64,000 nt of DNA, taken from the NCBI GenBank assembly GCA_951406725.2, contig OX597814.1, positions 100,068,001 through 100,132,000 of the forward strand, read 5' to 3'. Under the pieces are notes generated by a model. The model saw only the letters and a program-made list of their open reading frames with translations. It did not search any database and had not been told where the DNA came from. A program made the position numbers and the translations under genes. The DNA comes from Octopus vulgaris (lineage: Eukaryota). Below, one piece after another: positions 30,199-44,516 of the stretch. The stretch's first letter is position 1. Every line of letters begins with the position of its first letter.

Positions 30199-31008
30199 TA
30201 TATATATATATATATATTTACTTTTTCACTTTTTCACTTTTTCACTTCCCGAGCGTTATACTAATACATCTGTTTGTTCTCTACACCACCTGTCTTCGTC
30301 TTTTGTTTTTTTTTTGTGAATTCTCCTCCTATATATCATGTTTGTTGCACACACACACACACACACACGTCTTTGCTAGTATATACGCAGTGAAGCTTTA
30401 CAATAGCGTCGTATTTGTATTGATTGCTGTTTTTCCAGTAAATAATGGTGCCTTGTTTTACCACTCATCATATATATATATATATAACAAAAACTAACAT
30501 CATAAACACTTTAAACGACATTTGTAGAAAACTGAAAACTCATTTGTCTTATTGACTAAATCTTGCTATATAATATAATGTCTTTTGCTTCTCTGAATTA
30601 GGAAGCTACGCACCACTCTACCCCCATTTCTTTGATAGAACCACCTTTCATCCATTCATCATCGATGCTTGGCTTGTATATTTTTAGTGCTATATATTAC
30701 AATTGGTTGCACCTGTAAATAGATTTTTCATAGACATAATGTGACTTTTTATGTTATTTTCAATAATGTAATGTGCTTTAAAAAGTTTGTTAACCATTAT
30801 ATACTCGATAACTCCATCAAAGTAGGTTTGGTCTCGTCAGACACTCTGGCTAAACTTCGAAGTCAGTGCCAACTTATCTTTGGAAACAATACACACACAG
30901 ACATATACACAAACACAGACACACACACATACGTACGTACGTACATACATACTTACATATATACATACATACATACATACATACATTTACAGGCGCGCGC
31001 AAGCACAC

Positions 31009-31095
<87 letters not shown>

Positions 31096-31097
31096 TA

Positions 31098-31468
31098 GTT
31101 CAAATTTACAGAAAATACGGAGACAAGTGTAGGAACAACAACTATGTATATTAGTTTAACGTTCAGGAAGAATGGAAAAGTCTTATACGTTTCGAGCTTC
31201 TGCTCTTCGACAGAAAAGATTAAGAGGGAAAAAAGCACAGAAAGTAAAAAAATGTCCAGAGTTCAACTCGCCGGCCTTCGCCATGATAGATCGCTAGCCG
31301 CCACACATTCTTTATTTTCTCACCTTGTTTCTTTCTGTGTTCCTTTCTGGGGAAGAGCGTAGGCTCGAAACGTTAAATACTTTTTCACTTCCCGCATCTT
31401 ATACTAATACATCTGTTTGGTGTCTACACCACCAGTCTTCATCCTTTGTTTGTTTGTGAATTCGCTCC

Positions 31469-31470
<2 letters not shown>
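31098..31470. mobile_element. Two diverged inverted copies of a hammerhead-bearing element (other copies 30220-30335, 39605-39760, 61565-61750)
   Basis: Minus CTGTCGA A GAGC-agaa-GCTC GAAACGTA (31181-31219); plus CTGGGGA A GAGC-gtag-GCTC GAAACGTT (31343-31378); shared downstream body. Confidence 0.75.
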
Positions 31471-31521
<51 letters not shown>

Positions 31522-31715
31522 CATTTATATACGCAAGAGCTTACTGTGGATAAGGCTCCGTGGTGTTCGATTATAAATTAATAAAAAATATGCATTACGT
31601 ACAGGACATCAGCAACGAGCGAAAAACATATAAACACACAAGAGATAAGTGCAGGACAAAACAGTACCAAAAAGTACACAATAAGAACATGACATCAACA
31701 ACGGGTGAAAAATAC

Positions 31716-31786
<71 letters not shown>

Positions 31787-31849
31787 GCGTATGTGTGTTA
31801 ATGTACATAGATATCTCAAAAGAAAAATAGATACGAGTATTCTTAAGAT

Positions 31850-32220
31850 TTCGCCTTTTTTGAATATTTGCTGGTCGATGATGAGGTTCCCTTCTAGCTT
31901 CTCTACCGTAATATCCATGTTGATGGAGATACTCCACAACAATACTCCGACTCATTTGGAGTTGCTCTGCAATATTAGCTGCCTTACAACGGGTATTATT
32001 TTCAGTTATACGCTTGAGAGCCCAGAGGGCCCAGGTGGAGTTAAGAGATATTCTGTTGTATCCTTTGCTGGTGATTGGTACAACCACTCAGTTAAACGTG
32101 GTAAGGGGAATCCCAAGACCTTGTGCAATCTTACGCTGGATAAGTTAACCATAAATTTAAACTTCACACAATTCTAATGCTTCTGGTGTTCGCACCATGT
32201 CTAGTTGCTACAAACAATTA
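31850..32220 (-). mobile_element. Mariner-like transposase N-terminal (HTH) fragment
   Basis: ITENNTRCKAANIAEQLQMSRSIVVEYLHQHGY in ORF 31695-32087. Confidence 0.55.
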
Positions 32221-32884
32221 TTATACTCGAATCTGGAAGGAAAAATAACAATACATTAACGCGTTTGAATCACCAAGTAGTTTCCATACAGTTAAAACAA
32301 TGTAATGAGGTGTGTCGCTTTACTCTTGAGATGGTGGTGTACATGACTATGTGTTTGTGTGTGATTCTGCGTGTGAGTGTACGTGTGGATGTATAAAGAG
32401 TGTGTGTGTTTCTATGTATACGTGTTTGGGGGGATGTGTGTGCGTATGTCTGTGTGTATTTAGCTTTGTGAGAGAGAGAGAGAGAGAAAGAGAGAGATGG
32501 AGAGAGACAGAGAGCAGATACCACCTCGCCTCTACTTCTAATTTTGTTCACTACACAATTTGACGTCTCTTTTACATACAAATCAACTCGCTGGACCTTC
32601 AAGAAAGTCAGTTGTTACTGTTACTAATTACGAGGGATTTAAATGACTGCAATTTCGTAATGGCGCCGTTGCTGGTAATATCCCTGCAATATCTCATTTG
32701 TAGCTCGTACTTTGATTAAGATACATCCAGCCATAGAGTGCTAAGCATCTTGGTCACTCTATGACTATATTTGTCATTGAGTCAATGTATGTATGTAGTG
32801 GTATGTACACTTTCTGCTGTTATAACTATAATCCCACCTATGTAGGACTCTCATGCTTACACGCATATTCATTCGGTCTACCTT

Positions 32885-32980
<96 letters not shown>

Positions 32981-33143
32981 ACTTCCCCCCTTTTTGTCCT
33001 CTTTCTTTCCCTTTACGATCCCTTTTGATCGAAAACCAAACCCCCTTTTGTTTACCCCCAAAACAAAAGCTCTACCTTGTAATTTGTCCTGTCTGTGTGC
33101 AGCCCTGTGTGGCTAATAAAGAAACATATTTATATATCCATCC

Positions 33144-33266
<123 letters not shown>

Positions 33267-34485
33267 AAGCTATCTGCCCCCGCCTCTCTCTCTCTCTAAC
33301 TGTCTCTTCTCTCTCTTCCTCTCTTTCTTTCTCCTGATCTTGCCTTATCTTTAGATGAATATGAAACGATAGTGGTAGAAAACAAAGAGAGAAAGAGTAA
33401 TAGAAGAAAATAAGGGGGGTAATCGAGAGAGTAATAGAAGCAGAAAGCAAAAAGGAAGAGGAAATAAGGACAGAGAGAGATTTAGAGAAGGTGAGGTGGA
33501 TAGATCAGAGAAAAGATTACCCAAAACATAGGGAACTAACAAAGAGCAACATATAGAGAAAGATTAGAGAGAAATCGTAGGAGAGCTAGTTTAAAGCAGA
33601 GAGATAAAAGCTGTTAATATGAATATAAATAAACAATCTACGTTGTGTTTCTTTTTAAACTATGATTAAAATTTCGTGTTAGAATGGTACATTCTCTAAA
33701 TCAGGACAGGTATCTCACGATGTTTTTCATTGTTTGCTCTTCAAAGAACAGCATCCAATGAAAAATATCTAAAAGATGAAGAGCAAAAACAAAAAAAAGA
33801 AACAAACAAAAAATAATAATTTGGTTGTCTCAAAAGACGTCATTTTTCATTTTAATTGATTGATTATCTCCCTATTGGTGAACATTTAAATATTTAATAC
33901 TCTCGCATTGAAATAGACTTCCATTACTAAAACGAATCGTCCTTCGTTCTTTCCTCTTTTATATTTTATTTCTTTTTTCTCAATGTTTTTATTTTCCGTT
34001 TCATACATTCATTTTCTTCTTTTTTTTCCTTTGGCTCATATTGTTTGTTGAAGTCTTTATTCATGAGTGTTTGTTGTTTGTTTTTCTTTGTCCTTTTTTA
34101 TGTGTTTCTATTATATTTTAATTTTGTCACCGAGTTCCACTGATTAATCTATCAGTTTACATCAATAGTGTGTAACTTTTCCGCTTTTATTTTTATTTTC
34201 ATTTTGCTCTTCTCTTTCACTTTTACTTTCACTTTCAGATTCCCAACATAAAATCGAATTTATTTATTAATTTTCATTGTGCTTCCTTTCAAAAATATTA
34301 AAATAGATGCCTACTTAGCTATGTTATATTATTCAATATGCAAACTGTTGTTCATGTTCTTTATGTGTTTATTTCCTATCATATAGGTGTTTCAGATGTG
34401 TGTGTATCATGTGCCTTGGTTCGTGAGTCAGTGTAAACATGTTTGTATATGTATATATGTATATATATAAATATATATATATACA

Positions 34486-34558
<73 letters not shown>

Positions 34559-35200
34559 GCATGTATGTATACACATATATATATATAGATTTGTGTGCAT
34601 GTGTATATGAAGAGAGGGTTGTAGAAGCATGTGATTTACTTAGATTTTATTGCCCTTTATCCGGTTAAATTTTTGAAAAAATAGGCGATGTACAATGGAA
34701 GTTGTTTGTTAACTAGCTGTGATTACAAGGGATGTCTTTTGTCTATGTATTTTCTGCGAGCATATATGCACACGAAAATACATACATGCACATATATATA
34801 TATATATGTGTGTGTATGTATGTGTATACACATAGGCTTGTACTCATATATGTCTATATTAATTTACGCATACATAAGTGTGTATATATATATATACATA
34901 TATATACATATGATTTTATGTATGCAGTACATACACACACTGTACATATAATTTTATTTATATATATGTATGTGTGTGTGTGTATGCACACATGTATGTC
35001 TGTGTGTATGTATTAATAGTTATGTCCATATTTTTATATGAGTATATGGTTGGATGTATATACATTTTTGTTTACGAGTGTATATATATTTCCGTGTGTA
35101 TATGTGTCTGTGTCTGCACAGTTGGTGAGTATGTGTGTGTGTGTGTGTGTTTATCATGTGATTTATTGATTTTTCTCTATCATCGTTTGTCTTTTCCCGT

Positions 35201-35437
35201 GTAGCAGTTTTATCAGTATTGTTACATTACATAGATTTTAATAATCACTATCACCACCACGACACCCAAAACCACCACCACCACCACCGTCATCATCACC
35301 ATCGCCATCACCATCACCATCATCGTCATCATCATCATCATCATCATCATGGTGACAGTGAAACTAATAGCAACAACCTCCATCATTATCGTCGCCTATA
35401 TCATAAACACATGTTATGTCTTCATGCTGCTGCCACC

Positions 35438-35470
<33 letters not shown>
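35201..35470 (+). repeat. Copy 1 of a local duplication (copy 2 at 37323-37520)
   Basis: Shared GTAGCAGTTTTATCA..TTACATT.CATAGA..ATAATCAC, ACTAATAGC and TCCATCATTATCGTC.CCTATAT.ATAAA.ACATG. Confidence 0.85.
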
Positions 35471-35482
<12 letters not shown>

Positions 35483-35675
35483 GCTACCAATAATAATAAT
35501 AATAAGAAGAAGACTGCTAATAATGATAATGACGATGATAATAATGTCATCATTAATTATAACAAAATAATACTAAAATTGACAATAAAAATAATAATAT
35601 AAATTATTCTTATTATCATTATCCTCTTCTTTCATTTTATCAGTATTATTATTGTTGCTATTGTTGTTGCATAAT

Positions 35676-35742
<67 letters not shown>

Positions 35743-35768
35743 CATCATCCTCATCATCATCATCATCA

Positions 35769-35850
<82 letters not shown>

Positions 35851-36132
35851 CATCATTATTGTTATTATTATTATTATTATTGCAGCAGCAACAACACCGA
35901 CAGTAATTATCGTTCCTTTTCAGTTCCAATAATGAACATTAATTTAATAGCATCAACAGCACAATCCCCCACATCCAACATTATTTAACTGCCGCTATTA
36001 CTACAGCTACTATTACTACAACTATCACCACAACAACAACCATCAATACAACCACACAACCACCACCACCACCACCACCACCACCGCCGCTACTACTACT
36101 ACAACTACTACTACTACTATTACTAGTAGTAA

Positions 36133-36183
<51 letters not shown>

Positions 36184-36576
36184 AAAGCTTACAGGCATTA
36201 TTTTCCTCTGAGCTAACTTCCTATTCTTCCTTGATGTGATAATATCATGTGGAATATGAAATAAATGAAACAAAACAGAGTGTAGAGCGGGAGAGCGGGA
36301 AGAGATTGATGATATAGATGGTGGGAGGCTTAGAATCCCTGAGCGTTGTGTTAGGTTATTAATAAAAAGGATGTTAAATTGTAGTGAAAGTAGTTGGAGA
36401 TAGAGATACATGAAGTACAAACATTCCATGCATAATAACAACAACGCCACAATAGAATAATTCCTGTAACGACATCATATGACAACAACAACCAGAATAA
36501 TAATGTGTATAATAGTAATATATGCCACGGTGCATGAATAAGGACAGTATTAAAGGGTAGATTGTGTACGATGTTA

Positions 36577-36956
36577 TCGATATATATAAAGCTAAAGTTA
36601 TTTGTGTGTGGCAGGTTTGATAGCCTACAACTAATACTATCTCCTCCGAGACACTGCGGCGCAAGTTGACCAAAATTGAGAGTATGATAGAAGGTTTGCT
36701 CTTCATTCCGTAGAAGATAAAATTCAAATCAGACCATGTTAACACCAAAATTTATTTACATCAAAAAGGTGTTTTTTATCTATGAAAATCCCTATTTTTT
36801 TTTACTGCCGTGTCGCCATTTTTCGGTGTATTTCACCTAGAAAAAATGTTCATTTAAAGAGAATAACAAGCTACATAATGCAAAATTTTTACTTTTCAAA
36901 AATTCCTATTTTAAAGGGTCGAAACAAACCCGAGCAACGCCGCGCAATACTGCTAG
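36577..36956 (+). mobile_element. Non-autonomous Helitron
   Basis: A|TC(G)ATATATATAAAGC... start; subterminal CCCGAGCAACGCCGCGC imperfect hairpin; CTAG|T end. Confidence 0.75.
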
Positions 36957-37483
36957 TAATGTGATAAAATACGCTACAATGCGATTCATTATCATCTGTG
37001 AAAATCTGGTGTTCTCCGCACAGTCCGCCAGGTTCAGCCTTCACATGGAAGGCAGACAAGCCCTAGCTCACCGAGTGTTTGAGAGTCGTTGGCTAATCAT
37101 ATCATGGTTTAGCAGGCCTCTGGAAGCCGTTGACCAGAATGTGACCGTTGTTTCAAGCAGGCAGCTTAGAGGAACTAAAGGTGAGAGCTGTGTGTTATTT
37201 GCGGGTATCAAACTATTATGATCTGTTTCGAATTACGCCGAACCACACCGAACTATACCGAGGAGCACTACATGTCCACCCGACGGGGATATTACCTCAG
37301 CCGGACAACCCATGTACCCCATGTAGCAGTTTTATCACCATCTTTACATTGCATAGAAGTCTATAATCACCATCATCATCATCAGCATTATCATCATCAT
37401 CATCATTATTGCAACAGCGACACTAATAGCCATAATTTCCATCATTATCGTCACCTATATTATAAAGACATGCTATGCTGCTT

Positions 37484-37642
<159 letters not shown>

Positions 37643-37685
37643 AACTACTACTACTACTACTACTAATAATAATAATAATAATATT

Positions 37686-37914
37686 ACGTTCTACTGGAAG
37701 CACAAGGCCTCAAATTTGGGGAAGAGATTAAGTCGATTTCATGCCCCCCACCAGTGTTCAACTGGTAGTTATTTAATTGACCCAGAAAGGATAAAAGGCG
37801 AAGACGATCTCATCGGAATTTGAACTCAGAACGTAGCGGTAGACAAAATACCGCTATGCATTTCGCCCGGCGTGTTAACGATTCTGCCGGCTTGGCGCCT
37901 TAACAATAATAATA

Positions 37915-37945
<31 letters not shown>

Positions 37946-38145
37946 CAAATTTTTACACAAGGCAAACAACGTTGGAGGAAGTGGATAAACTGATTCCATC
38001 GACCCCAGTGATCAACTGCTACTCATTTGATCGACCCCTAAGGAATGAAAAGTTAAAGTCGACCTCGGCGGAATTGGAACTCACTATGTAAAGATGGACG
38101 AAATGCCTCTAAAAATTTCGTCCGGCTTGTACAGTTCGACGCCTT
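37686..38145 (-). mobile_element. Two tandem SINE family C copies separated by AAT/GAT repeats
   Basis: GGAATTTGAACTCAGAACGTAG..GCATTTCGCCCGGCGTGTTAACGATTCTGCC and AAAGTCGACCTCGGCGGAATT. Confidence 0.85.
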
Positions 38146-38559
38146 TTAAAATCCAGTGCTATGTAATAATAGATAGGTTTAGGCGGTAATATACTATGAT
38201 ATTATTATACATATTTATATGCCTAGATTTGAACCCTGAAGACCTTAAGGAGTTGTAGTGACGATGTTGTGGTTTGCAACATGTATTGCGTTATTTTAGA
38301 CTTTGCAAAGCCTAACTCTCTCCAAGTCTCATGAGACCGCAGCTGATTTTTTTTTCACAATGAGAGATAGAAGGAAAGACAAAAGTCAGGAATTACCCTG
38401 ATACACGACGTGTACTTTATCGAACCAGGAAGGATAAAAGGTAAAGTTAAAATCTGAGTTAACTGAACTGGGTGTATTAGTTGGGAAGTGTATGGTTAGA
38501 TAATCAATTGGACACTAAGGACGTTTGCTATATCTATTTGTTTATCAAACTGACTCAAT

Positions 38560-39070
38560 TCAAACGGTTATGTGGTACTTCTTGATTCTGCGGTAAAACT
38601 TTGTCTAAAGATAGTTACTACTTGATCGTCATATGCCTGGCAGCAAAAGTTGACTCCTTGACATTCTTCCTGGTATGCGTGATACATGATTGTTGGAAAA
38701 TTTCTACGAGTTCCCTATCCCTAATTTCTGGCTTCCTAATTCATCCGATTGTAGTCTCATGGATTACTATATGTGGGACGCATCTAAGGAAGACACAACC
38801 ACCTCTGCCTGCTACACTAAAGCCGAGCTGGTGACCAAGAGCAAGGTGATCTTCGACGATTTTCCCAGGGACAGTGAGGGACGCATATGTCAGTTTCCGT
38901 GGCCCTTTAGATGCCGTGAAACCAGGGAGATAATTGAGAGTAAAGAGTCTCCCAGCCCTAATTTAGTTGATGTTTTTTGATTTTTCAAATTACACTCATT
39001 TTCAGAAGCCATATTGAGCTTTCTTTTCCATTTATGCAAACTTTCAAATTTTGAACTAACATCTTACGAA
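38560..39070 (+). mobile_element. maT/DD37D-like transposase C-terminal fragment
   Basis: ORF 38690-38980 FWLPNSSDCSLMDYYMW..TKAEL resembles WPPNSPDLNPLDYYVW. Confidence 0.7.
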
Positions 39071-39570
39071 TATATATATAGAGCTGGCTAACGATATCAG
39101 TATAGCATTCTTATATATATAGAATATATAACATAATGGTATATTGAATACATAGAGAAGATACATGCCTACATATATATATATATATATATATTACACA
39201 CATATAGGCATGATATATATTTTATAGGCTCAGGTAAGTTGTGTGGTCGAAAAGCTCGCTTTGTGGATATATTATTTCGTGTTCATTCCTACTGCGTGAC
39301 AATTTAAGAACTAGTCTCTAACTGCTCATTTCTCGCGACTGAGCTTGGCAGATGGATACGGTGTCTGTGTTTTTCCAATCATCATCACTTAACAAACGAT
39401 GTTGTTGGTGTGTTTCCGAAACTTAGCAGTTCGACAAAAGACTCTGATAGCATAAGTACTGGGGTCGATTATTTCGACGAACGATGGTGTTCCAGCATGG
39501 CCGCAGTCATCTGCTTGAAACAAGTAAAATAAAGCATAAGAATACATACATACATACATACATACATACA

Positions 39571-39603
<33 letters not shown>

Positions 39604-39635
39604 GCATGTCTTCCTTTTCTATTGGACTTTCCTCC

Positions 39636-39670
39636 GTTTCTGAAGAAGACCTTTGCTCGAAATGTTAAAC
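39636..39670 (+). ncRNA. Minimal hammerhead motif with canonical CTGAAGA core
   Basis: GTTT|CTGAAGA|A|GACC-ttt-GCTC|GAAA TGT T|AAAC; one mismatch in stem II, and stem III deviates from the ACGT palindrome. Confidence 0.55.
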
Positions 39671-39773
39671 CATCTTTCTTTCCTTCCATGAGCGTCTGTA
39701 CCACGTGCTCGCATTGTTGTTTTCTCTTACGTTTGTTCTTCGTTTTTTTTATTATTTACCATACATACATACA

Positions 39774-39836
<63 letters not shown>

Positions 39837-39843
39837 GCTTTAT

Positions 39844-39915
<72 letters not shown>

Positions 39916-40496
39916 TAAACACTCACGCATTAATATATTTCTGTGTGAACGGGTCTTAGTGTGCGTGTGTGCTTGTTTGTGTGTGTGTGCGTGTGCGCAC
40001 GCGCGTCCGTTTGTGAAGGTGTGCGTAGTCGAGCGCATGTGTGTGCTTACGTACAACGAACACTGTCTCAAGATGCATAGAAAATATTTCGTAGGCTATA
40101 AATTAGTGAATGTAAAATGTGGATCCTGTCAAAACGGTAATTTTTTACAGCTGCCTCTGTTATGTGTGTTTATGTTGAAGTCTTTTCAAGAATGTTTTGC
40201 TAAGGCATCAGGAAAAATTATCAGGCTCCACTGTGAAACACTTGGCAAATCGCAGCTTTGTTTTTTTTTTATTTTAATGTGAATGGTTTCTTATTTAATT
40301 TTAGATAAGGTACTCATAGACATACGAACATACACGTTTGCATTACATGCAAACATACATTAATATGTGTACATATGTGTATATGCGTGTATGTGTGTGT
40401 ATGTGTGTGTATGCATGTGCGTGTGATTTCTATCATATACAAAGGTAGATATACATAGATATCTATTTATCTATCTACTATATCTCTTTATATATC

Positions 40497-40580
<84 letters not shown>

Positions 40581-40644
40581 CTCATATTTTTAAATGCATC
40601 TAGGAGCAAGTATGCACACTCATACTGACTATATATATATGCAT

Positions 40645-41031
40645 ATTCTTTTACTTGTTTCAATCATTTGACAGTGACCATGCTGGATCACCGCCTTTAG
40701 ACGGACAAATCGACTACAGAACTTATTTGTAAGCCTAGTACTTATTATATCGGCCTCTGTTGCCGAACCGCTAAGTTACGGGGACGTAAACACACCAGCA
40801 TCGGTTGTCAGGTGATGATGGGGGCGACAAACAGAGACACGCATGCACACACACACACACACACTTATATTCGACGGGCTTCTTTCAGTTTCCGTCCACC
40901 AAATCCATTCACAAGGCTTTGGTCGGCCCGTGGCTATAGTAGAAGACACTTGCCGAAGCTGCCACGCAGGGGGACTAAACCCAAAACCATGTAGATGGTA
41001 AGAATAGGAAATTACCACACAACCAATCCTG

Positions 41032-41033
<2 letters not shown>
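40645..41033 (-). mobile_element. SINE family A, full length
   Basis: Reverse homologue of 24143-24567 with internal (CA)n. Confidence 0.9.
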
Positions 41034-41079
<46 letters not shown>

Positions 41080-41086
41080 CATAAAC

Positions 41087-41118
<32 letters not shown>

Positions 41119-41218
41119 GTTTGTGTGTGTGTTTGTGTATGTGTGTATTATTTCAAAGCAGCAGAAATATCACAAAAACTGTTACTCGGAGTTTACGTTC
41201 GGGAACGTGAAACTCCGA

Positions 41219-41510
41219 GTGGTCGGAAATGAGGTAAAGGAGGATTCGTCCGAGAAAATAACATCCTTTAACTGCTCTAGGGACCAATTCTGTAGGTTTT
41301 CACTCCAATCTAAATGCTTTGCAACTTTTTGTTTTTGAAAGTTGTGCATTTCTGATTGCAACCCTCCCGTAAAATCCCGCTTTGGGCATTTCCCTACGAA
41401 CATTTTTCAAATTGGTCATTAAGCTCCTCAATAATTTTGAAAACTGTACTTTTGCGATCCTTTCTAACAGTTCGCGTAAGATTCCGACGGTCCCTATCTG
41501 AAAGTTTTGG
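41219..41510 (-). mobile_element. Tc1 transposase fragment, same family as 17383-18587
   Basis: [36 protein letters not shown] (ORF 41182-41403). Confidence 0.85.
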
Positions 41511-42847
41511 TCTCAACAGAGCTTTGAAAGCATCAAAATCAGCATTATCGCGAATAGCGCCAGATGATTTAAGGAAATATTTGGCGAGTGTGACTTCAAT
41601 CTCAAAGCAAGTTTAGGTCGTAGTCTAATAGGTGAAGGGTTTAGATGCTGACTTGAAGAAGAGGAAACTACCAAACGAACTGCTAGGATTATTGAAAGGG
41701 CCACGTAGATTTGGAAAACAGTTACATCCTACAAATATGTAATTCTAGACGAGAGTTAAATAACATTTTCCAAATCTACATGGCCCTTTCTAAATGTCAG
41801 GTCATTCTAGAGTGCTACTGGTAACATGTAATCCAGTACAACCTGTTGCATGGTCGGGACGTCGGCAACTAAACTGACAACCCCTCCAGGCTCGCTTGGT
41901 GAGGAGGGTGCTGTTGGACACACTGTGGGATGAAAAATAAGACCCAACAAAGGGCGGATGAACCGCATGAAAACGAAGTTAATGCGGTCAGACAACGTAC
42001 CAACAGGTCGAATGGTGATCGGCAGTGGTGAAATAGAGGAGGTAAAGGAATATGTCTACCTGGGAGAGGAAGTGAATATGTGCCGAGATATAGAAAAGGA
42101 GATCTCACGGAGAGTAAGTGCCGGATGGAAGGCGTTTAATGGTATAAGGGATGTGCTCAAGGAAAGGTTGGACAGGACCACCCGCACCAACCTCATCAAC
42201 AGTACAGTTCTACCTGCAATGTTATATGGTAGTGAAACATGGGCTACAACAAAGAGAGGGGAGCAGGTAACGGCTCAAAGATCCATGGAAAGGTCAATGC
42301 TTGGTATCTTGTTGAGAGAGCACATCAGTAGCGAGATCGTCAGAAAGAAGTCCGGCGTGAGGGATATCATCGCAGAGTATACACGCAGCAAGTTTAAATG
42401 GGCTGGACACGTCGCCCGGCTCACCGATAATCGGTGGACCCACGCAGTTGTCGAGTGGTACCCGCGCGAGCGGAAACGACCATCCGGAAGGCCTCCACGA
42501 CGGTGGAGTTACGATTTCAGAAGGACGATTGGGATCACGTGGATGAGAAAGGCGCGATCCAGAGAGGAATGGGCAGTGTGCTGTGACCAGCGGTGTCAAA
42601 TGGACGCCTGACGGACTGGTCGGTCAAGTTGCTGTCACCATGTCAAGGTGACATGGCCCTTTCTATGATCCTAGCAGTTAGTTCGGTAGTTTCCACTTCT
42701 TCAAGTCAGCATCTAAACCCTTCACCTATTAGACTACGACCTAAACTTGCTTTGAGATTGATATCACACTCGCCAAATATCTCCTTAAATCATCAGCCGC
42801 TATACGCGATAATGCCGATTTTAATGCTTTCAAAACTCTGTTGAGAC
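41510..42847. repeat. ~215-bp-arm foldback whose right arm is interrupted by an RTE insertion
   Basis: Left arm 41510-41724 pairs with 41761-41792 plus 42666-42847; ORFs 41513-41704(-) and 42593-42844(+) translate near-identically. Confidence 0.92.
41793..42650 (+). mobile_element. RTE-clade LINE derivative with 15-bp TSD
   Basis: ORF 41958-42611 (YVYLG, LYGSETW, KWAGHVAR, GRPPRRW); TSD ACATGGCCCTTTCTA at 41778-41792 and 42651-42665. Confidence 0.95.
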
Positions 42848-43341
42848 AGATTATGGGACGGCTGTTTTTAGAGAGGTGTTGCCAGTCAGTTTTGTTGACA
42901 GAAATGCGTTTGACTCACACAGTTTATTATGCTTTGTAGATGTTGCTTCTGGTTCCTTCAGTTGCCGTATTGTTTCTATTCTCTTTTACTTTCTTTTATA
43001 TTATGCGTTGCTATTGTCGCATTGATCTTCGTTCTGTATCAGTAAACATAATTAATATTTATATATCAGCATACCAACACGGACGCACACGCATGCATAT
43101 ACATTTACATATATGCGTATGTATGTGCGCATGTGTGTGGGTATGTATGCATGAATATAAAGTATACATAAATAGCGTTTAAAGTTTACGACAGCTGCTT
43201 GGGCAGAGATTTATTTGTTTAATACGGTCATAAAATATTACAACATAAAATATATCCACCAACATAAGGTGAAATTTTGAACATGAAAGATTTTAAATAT
43301 CGAACCGGTCAGAAACAACATTTGCAGGACTAGTGGTTTAG

Positions 43342-43387
<46 letters not shown>

Positions 43388-43574
43388 TATGTATACATAC
43401 ACATAGACGCACACACAAACATATACACACTCATAACACATATATATACGCATGTATGTATGTATGTATGTATGTATGTATGTATGTATGTATGTATGTA
43501 TGTATGTATGTATGTATGTATTTATGTATGTATGTATGTATGTATGTATGTATGTATGTATGTATGTATGTATG

Positions 43575-43915
43575 TGCAGATTTGTATGGTTTATATATGT
43601 ATTCTCATGCATATCTATACACGGTCAAATATATTTATATAATAAACTTCTGGGAAGTTTTACAGATTTTATAATTCCAGTGATGGATTGGATTTGTAGT
43701 CTTCGAATTAATTCTTTCCTTTCTGGTTTTGAGAAGCCTCATTTCTCATGAGTAGTATTTAGTCAGTGTGTTACATATCCCAGGGCCCCCAAAATAACAG
43801 CTATAAACCTGAACTTGTAATCTGAATAGAGTAACTGCAGATTTCTCAATAGTTCAGCATAGGGGTTCGCTTTTTCACTGATCTTCAGCTTTATGTTAAC
43901 ATCCACAGGGCAGCT
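43575..43915 (-). mobile_element. R4/Dong-clade LINE 3' end (RLE C-terminus) running into (TACA)n
   Basis: Manual translation SCPVDVNIKLKISEKANPYAELLRNLQLLYSDYKFRFIAVILGALG..LIRRLQIQSITG. Confidence 0.75.
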
Positions 43916-44311
43916 CATCATTTATCGGTTGTCTATCTACTCGTTATTTCGAGCTCTCATCGACAATATAAGCCTGGTCCTTAGAATGTCGTGTAGGAAA
44001 AGAAAGATGGTCGCCTTCGATGTGAGTGTGTGTGTGTATGTGTGTGTGACAGAATGACGTCTCTTCATAAAGAAGTATAAGTAGCTGAAACATGGAACAT
44101 TTTAATATGCAGAGAACGTTATATTTTTAATAACCTTATAAAATTTTGGGTCCAAAAGTTCTCCATGGAGAGTAAACAATTAAAGAATTATAAGTCTATA
44201 TAACGGCCATTTATATGCACTACACTTACCTATACGCGCGCGCTCACACACACACACAAACACGCACACACACGCACACACACAATCACACGCACACGTT
44301 CACAAACGCGT

Positions 44312-44380
<69 letters not shown>

Positions 44381-44391
44381 CAGACAGACAT

Positions 44392-44516
<125 letters not shown>

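Noticed and set aside
41640-41690. TTGAAGAAG..GAAAC in the 41510-42847 foldback as a hammerhead
   Set aside because: Stem III and stem I cannot be formed convincingly
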